Positions 1 to 12,700 of a DNA stretch of 64,000 bases are shown here, piece by piece; within the stretch, counting starts at the first letter, position 1, and each line of letters begins with the position of its first letter. The position numbers and the translations under genes were made by a program. The notes under the pieces are model-generated. The model did no database searches. It was not told the DNA's origin and saw only the letters and a list, made by a program, of their open reading frames with translations. The stretch is from contig NC_087437.1 in the NCBI RefSeq assembly GCF_036321535.1, positions 109,928,001-109,992,000 of the forward strand, written 5' to 3'. The DNA is from Camelus dromedarius (taxonomy: Eukaryota).

Positions 1-184
1 CCTGGCTGCTGTCTATTTTTCTAACTCCAAATCTTGTCATTTCCATCTGCCTGGTGTGTTCTATTCCCCCAGAACTCTACGTACCTCCTCAAATACATCA
101 GGCTTTTCCTCATCTCAGTAGTTTGCACGTGCGGTTGCCTTTCTGCAAATAATTTTAGTTGTTTCTTCATTGGGTCTTTGCCAC

Positions 185-314
185 TACGCTGTGAGTTCCA
201 GAAAGGCAAGAGGCATGGATATATTTCTCACTGTTGTACCCCCAACGCTGAGCACCGTGCCTGGCTGGCCTATCATAAGAGCTCCATAAATGTATTTTGA
301 AAAATGAATGAATA
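185..314 (+). mobile_element. L2 LINE 3' end relic
   Basis: gtgagttccagaaaggcaagagg...cctggc...agctccataaatgtattttgaaaaatgaatgaat resembles the L2 3' terminus with its (TGAA)n tail; recognised by eye, boundaries approximate. Confidence 0.65.
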
Positions 315-1952
315 GAAAGTGCTAAGTAAAAATTCATTCAAACTCTAGTTACATGTCTGAAGGGATCCAGTTCTGAAAGCTGAACATACCCAAGATTTCC
401 AAGAATTGGCTAGAGTGCTGAACTTAAAGAAAAAGAATTAATAATAACCTTGCCTACCTTTCAACCACCCCTCTGTGAAATAAGAACAAAATCATTAAGG
501 AAGTCACTTATTAGCATGGCACAAGCTGAGTTAATTATTTTAAAATAACATTTGATTGCACATCAGCATGTTTTTAAAAAGCTTTTACCACGAAAAAGGG
601 CACCACTTTTCACTGTCAGCACAGAGCCCTGTTGCCGAATTCTGAGGGGCAAAGGCAGGACAACAGTCACACAGTTGTCTCCAGCAGGCAGCCTCCTTAT
701 TAACCTCACGATGTGTAGTACATTAAGGAATACCTGTGCGGTTCCAAATCCCCAAACATCAGACAGTGTCATGTGTGAGTCGATCTGTCATTTGTGAATA
801 AGTCAACGCCATGAGTATTTTTTCTCTTTGGGATAAGGCATTAACTTGCACATTCTATTTAACTGAGTGCCGAATTAACAGGTATTTGAGCCTACAGCTT
901 TGATTTAATGAATAAATACAGATTTTGTCTGGTGCTGAATTAATGGAGGGAGTTACCTGGCTTATTGCAACGGAATGATGTAGGCTAGGACACTGGTCAC
1001 CTTGTAATTGCTTTTCATTCAACCTACTAAAAACTAAGTATTAGTTTTGTAGGCACTTGAATAATGATTAATATGCAGTCTATCTCCTAGTATTCTTGAG
1101 GAATAGGTAGAAATAATTACCTGATTGCTTAGGGGTGACTAGGTATGTGTTAGTAGATGGTTGAACAACAGTTTCCTGGTCTTGAGGTATACATGATTGC
1201 AGCTGCAATGGCACCTCCTAACCACCAGAGGGTGGAATATCAACATTTGCCATGGACTGCCAGGATTCTAAGCCTGATCTACAATCACAAACTATAACCT
1301 TCCATTTCTGTGACTTGGTTTCTTCCCTTTTAAAATAAAAACTATGAGTTTCAACCTCAAAAATTTGTTTTAATTATTAAATGAGATGATATATATTAGG
1401 TACCAGGTTGCCTGCCACATATTGAGTGATAGATGAATAAAAGTAGTGATTATTTTTGATCAGCTTAAGGATTAACATGCAGACCAAGATACTGTTCCTG
1501 TCAATATCAGTCTTGGATTGATATAAAACTATAAGGTAAATCAAACATGGTATCTTTTTTTTGTGTTGGGATATTTGTGTCTATAAAGGTTGCACATTTC
1601 ATCCTTTTAAGGGTTGGGTTGTACTTACCATTATCATTAAAGACCTAGCCAGCCTGTTGCCACCTCTCAAGAGCTTGGCACTTGGTGACTTTAAGCTTGA
1701 ATACTTAATATTGCTTTTATATTTGATTATGTGGCTATGGTGGACTTCTGATCACTTATTCAACTATATTAAAATTTTTAAAAACTCAAAAAATTAGAGT
1801 CACTCTTCATTAACATAATTCAACTCATTTCCCCCAAATTTATTTCTTCTATCCTAGCCTTAGTTTTATTGCACCGACCAAACTTATGCCAAAGCACCTA
1901 CATTAATTTAAATTCATTCCTCTTTTCCAACCAAGAAGTCACTCATATAAAT

Positions 1953-2139
1953 ACAGTGCATAGCAATGGAATATTAGGCCAGGAGTGAAAAAAACCTAGC
2001 TTCCAGCCCTGTTGGTTCTATTAATTCACTGCATGAATTTGGACGAGGCACTCTGCCTCTCTGGATAGCTTACAAGATAATGAGTTTAGATGAGAAGATC
2101 TCTAAGGTCCTTTCCAGCTGTCACATTCTGTGATTTTAT
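1953..2139 (+). mobile_element. MIR-family SINE (MIR3/MIRc-like)
   Basis: Ends in gatctctaaggtcctttccagctgtcacattctgtgatt, the typical MIR3/MIRc 3' end; boundaries approximate. Confidence 0.6.
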
Positions 2140-3424
2140 ATCAGAATCTTAATATCTTAGAGTTGAAAAGGACATTAAATGGTATCTTGTCAAATCTACC
2201 TACTGAATGGAACCCACACTTTCCTTTAAGCCATCTAATCTTTATGAAGATTATTTATAAAAAAAAATTTTAAAGGACAGACAAAAGATTGAAGTCTATA
2301 GATGATTAATTCCCATGCATCCTGGTAGAAATTCACAACTTTAAATGTACTGTTCTACTGTATTTGAGAATAACTTGAATAATAAACAGAAAGTATGCTT
2401 TCTGGACAAGAACACATTGGTCCACCTAGAAAGAGTGTGTTGAGTGGAATGACTAATTTCCTTTAGATACAACATTCTGTAAAATAACCCTTCTCAGACA
2501 CTGTAACACACACACACACAAATTTAGGCTTTGGAGCACTCAAAATTTTGACATTGTGACCATAAGAGTGATCCTATGTGGAATATGGAAAAAACCTCTT
2601 GCCAGCTTTCTGTTTCTGATGGTATATAGATTCTCTTAGAATAGGATAATAAAAGGATTCACTCGTGACAACGTTTCTTCTCTGAAACTCTCTCTAAATA
2701 ATTTTGCTTCTTGGGATAATCCTTGGTTATTTACTATTCAATTACATCAGACTTTGTTCAAAGAACCAAAAAGAAAAAAAAATAGAGAAAATTTAAATGA
2801 TTACACATTGTCTATGTAAACTTTAATGATTGGTAATTGGAATAAAGAATGAACCAGGGTATCTCGACCATCTGAGCACTGAATCCCGTATTTTCCACCC
2901 CCTTGTTCATTATATCTTGGATATGGAAGTGTCATGGTTTATTATAGTAATTATACAATTGCTTTTGTTCCTTTCCCTGGAGGAACTTGCTCTGGCCTGC
3001 CTCCGAGGTTAGCTTTAGGTGAAGTTATTCTTCTGCCTTTGAGTGATGCAAAAATGTGAATTTGTTTCTGAGTTCCTCCACTTCTCCCATGGGTACTGAA
3101 GTTGTGATAATATGCCACTGAGATGTGCTAAATCATTTTTGATGATGGTCACAGATGACTGATGACGTTGATGGCAACCAGCTTATCTATAGAGTTCAAC
3201 CAGTTAAAATGGGCGCATGTTCAACATCACTGACATAATACGTCCTGCAGACTGTCATCCTGGCTCTGTTTCATTCACTCATTTATTCAGTAAACTTTTA
3301 TTGAGGATTTACTACTTGCATGATTCTGTTAGTCAACATTCGTTGTATTCATTGAAAATATGACAAGGGTAAACAAACAGTGCTAATTAACCAAAATAGT
3401 ACTAAAAATTTTAAATAGTGACTT

Positions 3425-3482
3425 TGTAATTAACAAAAAATAAGCATATATAATGTAATAAACAAAAAATAAGCATATATAA
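3425..3482. repeat. 29-bp tandem duplication
   Basis: tgtaat(t/a)aacaaaaaataagcatatataa twice (3425-3453, 3454-3482), 1 mismatch. Confidence 0.9.
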
Positions 3483-3824
3483 TGCTGGCATTGTATAGGA
3501 AATAATCAACTCTATTGATTTTGAAATCTATTTAAAAAGAGTGAAAGAATAGAAAATATTTCCATGGGTTTTGAAGATTAAGAGAGATATGGCATTCCTT
3601 CTAGAGGTACTAGACTGTATCAGAGCTCAGTTCTGCACAATGTGTTCCGGAAAATAGGAGTAGGTAGCATTGACGGAGGGCATGTTGGTGGAGTGTGTGT
3701 ATAGGGGGTGGTGAGAAGAGGGACTGGGAGAGGGTGGAGGTGGGCTGCAAAGAATCTTTAACATTATATTAAGGAGACTTTATTGGGAAGGGGGCTTCTT
3801 TCAGGTTTAAATGTGTCTCATTTA

Positions 3825-4360
3825 GAAAAACACCAGCTGCAAGTAACAGAAATAGTAATTCAAAATGGCTTAAGTAATACCGTTTATTAGCTCATGTTTA
3901 CTGAGGTCCAGAAATAAGATGGTCAGGGTTCTGTTCCTCGGCATTTCTCCTGGCTTTACTCTCTTCCATGTGATGGTTCAATTTTGAGGCCATATGCAAG
4001 ATGCATGTAGTATTCTACATATGATATGACAAAAATCCAGAGGAAGACATGATTGCTTCAAAAAACTCCACAAGAAGAACTCTACCAGAAGCACCTCTCC
4101 AGATCACTCCTTGCTTCTCATTGATTTGAGTCAGATCACATGCTCCATTCTGAACCATTCACTTTCAATGGGGATTGGGGAGCCCCTGGGCTAGCCAGAT
4201 TCAATCCTGAAACTCGGGCATAGCCACATTCATATAAAGGGCTGGTTAGGGGTGGATAAGAGGGGATACACAAGCAAAATCCAGTTCCTGTGGGAAGAAG
4301 AGGGAGAGAAAAGCTATTGTGAGGGCGATGAACAATAAGCTGCCCACATCCAACTACATA
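3825..4360. mobile_element. MaLR LTR relic (MLT1J/K-like)
   Basis: cagctgcaagtaacagaaa...caaaatggcttaag...tttattagctcatg...gaggtccag and later ttctcattgatttgagtcagatcacatgctccattctgaaccattcact, typical of old MLT1; boundaries approximate. Confidence 0.6.
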
Positions 4361-5011
4361 TTTCCTTCCCACTTACACATTTCCAAATGTGGATGCCTGC
4401 ATCCCCCAAAACAAGAAAACAGTAAACTATCCATCCAGATCATACCCAGTTATCATACCAAGTTACCGTATTGGCTATAAGCCCAAGATGTCAAGAAGTC
4501 CTCTCTCTCAGTCCGTATTTCCTACTCATGATACTGCCGTGTCTCTAGAAGTTCTCAGGAGACTTCCATGAAGATGGATGGCCTTACAGACTGACCAAAC
4601 AGAAGGAGGACTCGAGAGTTAAGCATCAACATAAGAAATGACTCTAAGAAATTGTATTCCTTTTATGATAATAAAATGAATATGTGGTTAATTTCATCCA
4701 TACTTAAGATGTCTGTTTCATTACACAACTGACTGTAGTCAGTTAATACTCATGACCTCAGAATTCCATTACGGCTTGCATAATTCTGTAAAAGGGTCTC
4801 ATTAAAGTATTTTTAAAATTTCCTTATCTAGAACAGTCGGTCTGTCACTTGCCGAAGCATCACTACTGTCTCTGGAACTTGTTTCTTGGATCAGACCCAT
4901 GACTAGTTTAACCAAAGTAAGGTGTCCTGATAAGACGGAAGTGACCTCACACAGAAGAGTTTAGGATCATCTCCTGCCCAGGCTCTGATTCCACTTGCCA
5001 AAAATTTCAGG

Positions 5012-5138
5012 GAGAAGGGGAGGGTATAGCTCAAGTGGCAGAGCTCATGCTTAGCATGCGCGAGGTCCTGGGTTCAATCCCCAGTGCCTCCTCTAAAAAT
5101 TAATAAATAAATAAACCTAATTACCTCCCACCCCCCAA
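5012..5138 (+). mobile_element. tRNA-derived SINE, camelid Vic-1-like
   Basis: ggggagggtatagctcaagtggcagagc (A box)...gggttcaatcccc (B box)...aataaataaataaacctaattacctcccaccccccaaaa; flanked by the 12-bp direct repeat aaaaatttcagg (5000-5011, 5139-5150). Confidence 0.85.
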
Positions 5139-5314
5139 AAAAATTTCAGGAAACTAACTCTGTACTGGCAGATAATTCTACCAACTAGGGAATCTGTTCC
5201 TTAAATTAAATCTTTATTTGTGGACAAGTAACAGTAGGTTTGGAATTTCCAACAGACATCTTTTTCTTTTTTAATTAATAGCAAGATTTGTGAACTGATA
5301 ACAGATTAAAGGAG

Positions 5315-5320
5315 TTTATT
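5315..5320 (-). other. Candidate polyadenylation signal of the 6047-5610 KRTAP13 copy
   Basis: AATAAA on the minus strand about 240 nt downstream of the ancestral stop. Confidence 0.5.
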
Positions 5321-5609
5321 TGAAAGGAAAAAATACCTCTTGTTGCATTTTTAACTAGAGAAGGAAGGAAGAAAATAGAAGAAAACAGAAGGAAAACAGA
5401 ATGTGTATTTTATGGGATAAATGAGTTTAATATTAAAAGGATTGTTTTAATCATCACTCTTCTAGGTAGTAGAATACAAACTCTAGCCAGGTAACAGCTG
5501 AGATCAACTTTGAGGGAGGTAACGGTGAAGTCACAGACTAGAACCCTTAAGTTGATCAGTAGAAGAGGCCAGATCCACAGGTTGGCTGGTAACAAGAAGT
5601 TTGGCAGCT

Positions 5610-6047
5610 TCAAGAAGCCACATAAATTGGATGGCAGGATCCACGGCTCAGGGAAGGGAAGCCAGAGACTCCAGAACCCAGAGATCCACTGGACCCACAG
5701 CTTCTGGATCGACAGACCAGGGAGTAGCCTTTGCCAGACCCAGAGCCCAGAGACCCAGCATAATTTGTCCAGCAGGGACTGCAGAACATGGAGGTCCTAG
5801 GGCAGTAGCAGGATGACTGGCAGGGGCTGGGCACACCATGGGACATCTGGCACCTGGTGGGCTCACAGCAGGTCTCCTGACAGCCACTGTACAGAGAGGA
5901 GCTCAGCTGGCAGGTGCTGGGAGAGCAGAGGTCCATGGTGTAGATCAGGTTGCTGGGGTAGGAGGAGCCACAGGAAGAGCTTGGGTAGTGCAAGTGGCCC
6001 CCAAAGGAGCAGGAGGAGAAGTTTCCAGAGCAGCAGATGTGGGACAT
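5610..6047 (-). CDS. Keratin-associated protein 13 family (145 aa), C-terminally truncated by a premature TGA; ancestral ORF extends to 5556
   Basis: MSHICCSGNFSS...YPSNLIY...CSPSTCQ...GCQETCCEPTRCQ is the KAP13 signature; intronless, ACCATG start, TATA at about 6122-6129. After the TGA (5610-5612) the frame continues SCQTSCYQPTCGSGLFY* to 5556. Confidence 0.85.
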   Translation of the reverse strand: MSHICCSGNFSSCSFGGHLHYPSSSCGSSYPSNLIYTMDLCSPSTCQLSSSLYSGCQETCCEPTRCQMSHGVPSPCQSSCYCPRTSMFCSPCWTNYAGSLGSGSGKGYSLVCRSRSCGSSGSLGSGVSGFPSLSRGSCHPIYVAS

Positions 6048-6120
6048 GGTGACAGGAGGTGTGAGTTCAGCTCAGCTGTAGTGAGAAGATACTCTGATAT
6101 CCTTGCCTTCTCCCAGCCAT

Positions 6121-6134
6121 GTTTATATATAAAC
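6121..6134 (-). promoter_or_regulatory. TATA box of the KRTAP13 copy at 6047
   Basis: TATATAAA on the minus strand about 75-85 nt upstream of the ATG, the same spacing as in the other copies; lies within the palindrome GTTTATATATAAAC. Confidence 0.75.
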
Positions 6135-8928
6135 CCTCACTGTGCTGGATGTGATGCAGACCCTCTCCATTCTTGTGCGTGTTTTATCATGAAAACAGCT
6201 AATTAACCTAGGCTATAATTGAATATATTCATGTGTTTTCTTAACTGCTGTTCAATTATTCTGGTTTATAGAAGCCACTCTGCTCCTCTCTCTCTTTTTC
6301 CTTCTTCTTCTTCTTTTTTTTTTTTTTTTCAGAAATAAGGTGTGTTCTGTCTCCAAAGACATGGACCATGATGCATGCGGGTAGTGCCCTCACTTCTTCC
6401 CTGAGCGGGATGATGGGGATTTTGTGTGTGACTGTGTAAACTGTTTCTCATAACAGTCATCATAACCTCCATCTCAGCTATTTATATATTTTTTATGAAG
6501 CATTTACTCTGTGAAGAACCTTGCAAGCTGTGGGATCATTTGATCCTTGCCACAAGCTTATGAGATAAGAATTATCACTAATTTAGTAACCCAGGTGTAA
6601 CTGCCTCCGAAGCCAGCAGGTATAGCAATGCTGTGCTGACAACTCCAGAAGTGTATTCTTCCAGCTCCCAGAATCATATGAACAATGAACACGCAGTTGA
6701 AAAAAACATTTTGATGTGATAACATTTGCATTTTATCCGATGTGCCTACCTAGGTTTTCTTATCGCTTCTGTGAAAAACCAAATACAGTCCCCAAAGAAA
6801 TAGACTGAATTCTTTTAGTTGTATTTTTGAGCATTCCAAGTTACCATGGAGATGGTTATTTCAAACCACCTTCTATTTACCCTCTCATATAGTTTATCCT
6901 CATTAAGCAGCTCATGTTTGATTCCACTTGGCATTATTGAATGCTTTTTCCACGTGAGGCAGAGATTCTTCGGCAAACACGTAGACCATCGCTGAGAATA
7001 ACTGCTAAAAACTGATATACCTTGAGTGAGCTGACTGTCAATGAAACACATTTGCAAAAACTTGAATTTTAATAGTTGCTAACCTTTGCCAAGTCATTTG
7101 GGAGTGAGAAATGAGACACCTTAGAGAGTGATTCATTTCACTCCCTGCTAAGTTCTCTTTTGCTCATTGTTCTAGAAAGACAAAGCAGCAAAAAACTTCC
7201 CTTCATATTAAGTAGTTAAAATTATCCTCATCACTATAAAAAAATCAATGGTATAAAGAAAAGTCCTGGAATTAGAGATGTCTTTTTTTGTTTGTTTTTT
7301 TTTTACTTATTATAATATCCAACATCTGCCTTAAAGCATCTTTGAGAAATTGGAATGCAAAAAGCTATTTACGTAATTTGATCTTTTCTACTTGTTTCTC
7401 AGATGATTGTTTTCTCTAATCTCCTGTAGTATTTGCTTATCTGGCGCCACTGAAATAGTCTGCCCATTGTTTTGCTTACAAATTTCTGCCAAATGTCTTG
7501 CTTGCTTTCCAAAATTCTTCTCATCCCTCAAAGCCAAAATCGAATTCCTCATACCTGACAGGTGTTCGTCTCACCGCTTTAACTCTTCTGCAGTAGGTTT
7601 TTAGTATCTTAGTAGCAATTCGCTGGGGTGAACGTACACACATGTCATGGAGGGAGTGGAAGGGATGGTCTTTTGAAGAGGATCATGCAGATGAAGATTT
7701 CAGTCATTTGAACTTGCAGGACAGTCACCTATGGGTGAGAGTGGAGTGCATAGAAGTTGTTCAGGATCAGAAACAGGGTTTGATTTTCTTTGTCACAGCA
7801 TCTGCCACACAGTGGATGCTCCAAATTATTTATAAAATTAAGGAATATATCAAATCATTGACTTTTGACTTTTACATTCATCTAAAAGAAATATATGCAT
7901 GCACACTTATTGTTTTGCTTCTGAAACTTACCTTTAAGACAACATTAAGGGAATATAAATATCTCTTTCATAATTAAATGTAATCCTCAAATTAATCATA
8001 ACTAGTTTAGTGCTTGAAGGGACCCTCGATATCTGTCCCCACTTCCACCCCAAGCAAAGTTGCCTTTTACAGTCTCGATCAAATATTATTGCTTTCTCTG
8101 TCCAACACTTCATGCTCCTCACCTATTCTAATGGTTCTGTTTTCTCAGCCTTGTAAACACAGTCAACATTTTTTAATCCAAAAATGTTATGTTAGCATCA
8201 TTTCCTCCATGATTATATAGATTTTATTTTTAAAGATCGAGTTCTCTAAAGACTTATGTGATCAGCTGGTCAACTCTTTGGTGTCTTACTGTCTTTTCAA
8301 TAACCATATTATTTGTCTCTGGTTTAACACTCTTCTGAGATTCCCCTGACATGTTCAGCAGTGGCCTTTATGTGTCTAAATGTAGTGGCCATTTTTAGGG
8401 TGATGCCATGTGAACATTTAACCACATTTAACACAGGTAGCTGTGTCCTTGACCTTGAAATACGTTTTGCTATGTCCTTCTGTGACATTACACTCCTGGC
8501 TTTCTGTCTAATTTTCCCCTAATTCCCTTTCACCCTTAGTTGGCTTCCTGTACATAATGTTTCTTGAGGTTTGATGTTGATTTGGCCAATTATTCTCTCT
8601 GTAGAAGAGGCACCTCCCCTTCATGACTTAAAATACTATCCATATTCCATGCCATTCAAGTGTACACACCTCTTTTTATTAAAATTCTAGATCAAGATAT
8701 CCAATTACTAGCCATTTCCACTTGAGGCTTCATAAGGCTGTCAAAATTGCATGTGTATGAAATTGAACTTCTGCCCTTCCATGGTAAGCAGTATTTTCAT
8801 CCACACAGTCATTTACCTCAGGAAACTTGGAATCCTTTTAATACAGGGAATGCACTCTAAATGTGACCCTTCTATCCCCTGAATTTCTCATAAATCTACC
8901 CAGTCCTCTTACTGCCTTCCCTCTGGTC

Positions 8929-9168
8929 TAGGGTTTCCCAGCCTTGTCACCAGTGACGTTTTGGACTGGATAATATTGTGTCATGGGGAGTATAGTGCTC
9001 ATTGTACAATATTTGGCAGTATCCCTGGCCTCTTTCCACTAGATGCCAGGAGCACGTCACACACACACACACACACGCACACACACACACACACACAAGT
9101 TATGACAATCAACATCTCCAAAAATTTCTTAGGGGCTAAAGCAGTTCTGGTGAAGAACCACTGCCCTA
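8929..9168. mobile_element. MER20 (hAT-Charlie) DNA transposon with internal (CA)n
   Basis: gacgttttggactggataatattgtgtcatgggg...atttggcagtatccctggcctctttccactagatgccaggagcac...gaagaaccactgccctag matches MER20; (CA)n at about 9058-9097. Confidence 0.8.
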
Positions 9169-9333
9169 GTTCAAGGTAATCTCCTTTCTCGGTGGGACTA
9201 CTGAAAGGGTTCCAACAGAGCCCATCTCATTATCAAAAAATGTCTCCTCCAATCTTTTCTTTCTATACCTGTCTGATTAATCTTCTTAAAACAGAAAGCT
9301 GATCATATCACTGTCAAGATGAAAACTTTCCCG

Positions 9334-9756
9334 TTCTTTTCTTTTTTTTTTTTCAGTTTTTCTTTTTTTCAGTTGAAGTATAATCAGTTTACAATGTTGT
9401 TAATTTCTGGTGCACAGCATGGTGATTCAGTTATACACATATACATATTTATTTTCATATTATTTTTCATTATAGGTTATTATAAGATATTGAATATGGT
9501 TCCCTGTGCTACACAGTAGGACCTCATTGCTTATCTATTTTATATATAGTGGTCAGTATCTGCAAATATCAGACTTCCAATTTATCTCTCTCTCTATCTT
9601 TCCCCTCCAGTAACCTAAGTTTATTTTCTATGACTGAGAGTCTGTTTCTGTTTTGTAGCAGTTCACTGTGTCATTTTTTTCAGATCCCACATATAAGTGA
9701 CATCATATGGTATTTTTCTTTCTCTTTCTGGCTGACTTCACTTCGTATGACAATCT
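9334..9756 (-). mobile_element. 5'-truncated L1 3' UTR
   Basis: Poly(T), then ttgaagtataatcagtttacaatgttg...ggttccctgtgctacacagtagg...cccacatataagtgacatcatatggtattt...tctggctgacttcact. Confidence 0.85.
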
Positions 9757-12700
9757 AATACACGTATGATAAAAACAGAAATCCTCTGCATGATCCGCAA
9801 GGTTGCACAAACGTGTCCCTGCCCATGTCTCTAACGTCATCTTCACACTCAGACTTTTTCCTTTCTCACAAACACACTGCCTCTGCTCCACAATTAGCAC
9901 AGCTCAAGCTCTTTCTCTTTTTTTTTTTTCTTAACCACAAGGACATGCTGTTTCCTCTGCCCTGAATGTTCTTTCTTCATCTGGATAATTTAGGTAATTA
10001 AGCCTTTCCTCACTTTCTAACCACCACATCCCTGAATAAATTAGGTTCCCCTGTTATGATATCTACCATCCCTATAATTAATTTTATTATTTTTATAATG
10101 TATTTATTTTTTAGACTGTCCTCTAGTACAATCCAGACAAGCTGGTGCACGAGTCTGTACCATCTACCCTGAGACAAATAGTGTATTCCAGCTTCTAATT
10201 CCTTTGCACACTATTGTAGTTAAAGTGTACTCTCTACGCAATTCCTGGAAGATATCTTTGACCTCCGTCTTCCTCTCTTCCCACATCTGATCTTGGATAA
10301 GCATACCTTGCTAATTTTTTTTAAATCTGCAAAGCATGTCAAAATCCTTTTCTTTCTGTCCTGCTATAACTCAGCTATTTTGCCTCTGTTGTGGCAGGTG
10401 GTCCCTGGATCCTCTGGCCTTGCCCGTTTCAACTCAATTTCTGACACATTTATCAGAATTTTTTTTTCTGAAAGTCTATTTTTGTCCTTTTCAAACTCAA
10501 ATTCAATTTTCTGAGTATTTCATTTAAGTCATCCTTTGATCTGAACCCCAATTATCTCACACTTGGTGTTTCTATGCCCTAATTTTATCTTCAGAAGTTA
10601 CCTGATCACTTCCGCTCAGCTTAAGACTGAAGGCAAAGAAGTAAGTCAGGCGAGACGGTCTTGTTCCAAGAAGCTGAGCATCCGAAATGAGTGTCAGAAG
10701 GGAAGAGATGAAAGGCGAGGCTGGCGACAGACAGAAGCCAGATGACAAGGGCTCTGTAAGTCGTGTTGGGTGTTTGGACGTTCTTCAAAGGCCCAAAATA
10801 TACTGAAAATCAATCACTTTCTTTAGAGCTAATTTAGTGATAAAAGAAGACATCGCCTGTTCTCTTCGGATGGAATGACATGATCAAACTAATGGAAACC
10901 ACGCACATTCTTCTTTCTTCCTCTACTTAGTGTGAGGATCTTTATGTTGTACCTCAGAAATAAGTCAGTATGTTTGATTATGACATGTTGTCCCACATTT
11001 TACCTGGGGTATTGTATTACATACAGTTCATCCATTCTGTTGTCTTTCTAAAACCTAAAAAACTGGATTCCGAAAATTATCTGTCCCTATTTGCTTAGAC
11101 AAGGAAACGGGGACGTGTAACAATGAAAAGCCACTGATGATAGGTTAAAAATATGGACCTAAGCAGATCAAATTTGCCTCCTACAGAGATGACTAACTGC
11201 AGCATGAAGAATGGATTGGAGGGTCACATAGCAGTAAGAGTGGACCCCCAGGTTCAGACCCTGGCAGTGTAATTCAATAGCCTATATTCTTAACTATAAT
11301 GCTTGGCTGCCTCCCATAAAAGTGGTTATTAAAGCTCAACAACATGTGTAAAATGAGATGAAAAGGGGCCCTCGAGTGGTGCTCTGAGAAAATCTCATGC
11401 TTAAGGAATTGGCAGAATAAGAAGAACTCACAAAAGACTGGGAAGGAATAGCCAGTAAAGGTTAAAGAAAAATGGGAGTGTAACAGAAATTAAGTTAAAA
11501 ATGCATTATAAATAAAGGAAAGTAGTCAAAAGCATACAATGTTGGAGAGAGGTCAAGTTAGATTTTAAGCATCTCACTATCAAATATTATATATTTATAT
11601 ATGTATCTGTATCTACTGCTTATCTTTTTTTGCTTTTGTTTTTGTTTTATTTGTTTTTTGGTTTTTTTTTTTAATTTGGAGATGACCCCAATTTCAATAG
11701 CGCCCAGGACACAGATGCTAAAAATAACACTTGTTAAACTAAACGTTCGTGCTCAACTTTCTCAATATCCTAACATGGAATTTGAAAGCTAGAGGGATTA
11801 ATTTTCAGGTTAATTCAGCAAGCACACACGTGAATGGTGAGGATGAGGAGGGGACTGAGAAATGACCCTATCCAAAGGAGGCAGCCTTCACCTGACTCTG
11901 GAAAATGAGAAGAATGTAAAGAGCAGATAAGTGACTTTTAAGGACATTATAGGCAATTAAATCTAATCACTTTTGCTCTTCTTTAAGACCCCCAGCTACT
12001 ATATGAAGCTGGGTAAAATCTTAACGCCCTTTACATTTGCATACAGTGAATTATTTTTAATCTTGTTTATGTTTTACATAGGAAATAATAATTCTCTGAC
12101 TAGAAGTCAGTTTAGACTGTAAGATTTTTCCTACTTATAAAAATGGATTGTTCTAGCACTAGTTTTATAGATTGCTTCTTACAAAATCAACAGCCAAAGT
12201 TATCAAAATAGTAATTTTTCCTATTAGAAAAATGTAATCCCAGTAAGCCAATAACTCTTAAAAAATCGAAGAAAAATGAATGTATTTGAATCCCATAAAA
12301 TGTTAGTTTATTTAAGAACAACATTGCTGTCACATTGTAGGAGACAAGAATACATGAAGAAACCTCATGATTTCTCTTATATATAATTTCTCTTAATATC
12401 TGATACATAAAACTTCAGGATAGTTTCCCAATGCTGACTATTCTTTGATTGTGTAATGATGACAGAACCTGTATGCCTCCGAGAAACCGAGTGGTTGGTG
12501 GTCAGTCCATTCCTGGATGTGAGGGGTTGTTGTAGTAAACGAGTATTATTAAAAGCAGCTTTTCATATAGGAGCGTAAAGAGACATTAAGCTGATTTATA
12601 GAAGCCAGACCTTCAGGCTGGTCTGTGTTAAGTTGGCAGGACATCCCTAGTAGGGAAGTGGTTTGCATAGCAGAAGCTGAGAAGAGAATTCAGCTTATGG

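Larger units (their letters stand above)
8380..10150 (+). mobile_element. Fragmented L2 relic, interrupted by MER20 and L1
   Basis: L2-like pyrimidine-rich segments (ccttgaccttgaaatac...cttctgtgacattacactcctggcttt; ttcttaaaacagaaagctgatcatatcact; tgctgtttcctctgccctgaatgttctt); boundaries approximate. Confidence 0.5.

Noticed and set aside
5017..5092. tRNA-Ala-like cloverleaf
   Set aside because: It has a SINE tail, poly(A) and TSD, and a diverged second copy at 27.8 kb; it is a SINE, not a tRNA gene.
5610..5612. In-frame TGA as selenocysteine in a Cys-rich protein (also 45846)
   Set aside because: The 5610 codon is an Arg position, I saw no SECIS-like element, and the 45846 copy has also lost its start and TATA.
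5510..6206. Overlapping and antisense ORFs (96, 71, 79, 79 and 122 aa) across the KRTAP13 copy; similar sets at 24540-24821, 39849-40292 and 45739-46106
   Set aside because: Shadow frames of GC-rich Ser/Cys/Gly codons; they recur across paralogues only because the KAP sequence does, and most have non-ATG starts.
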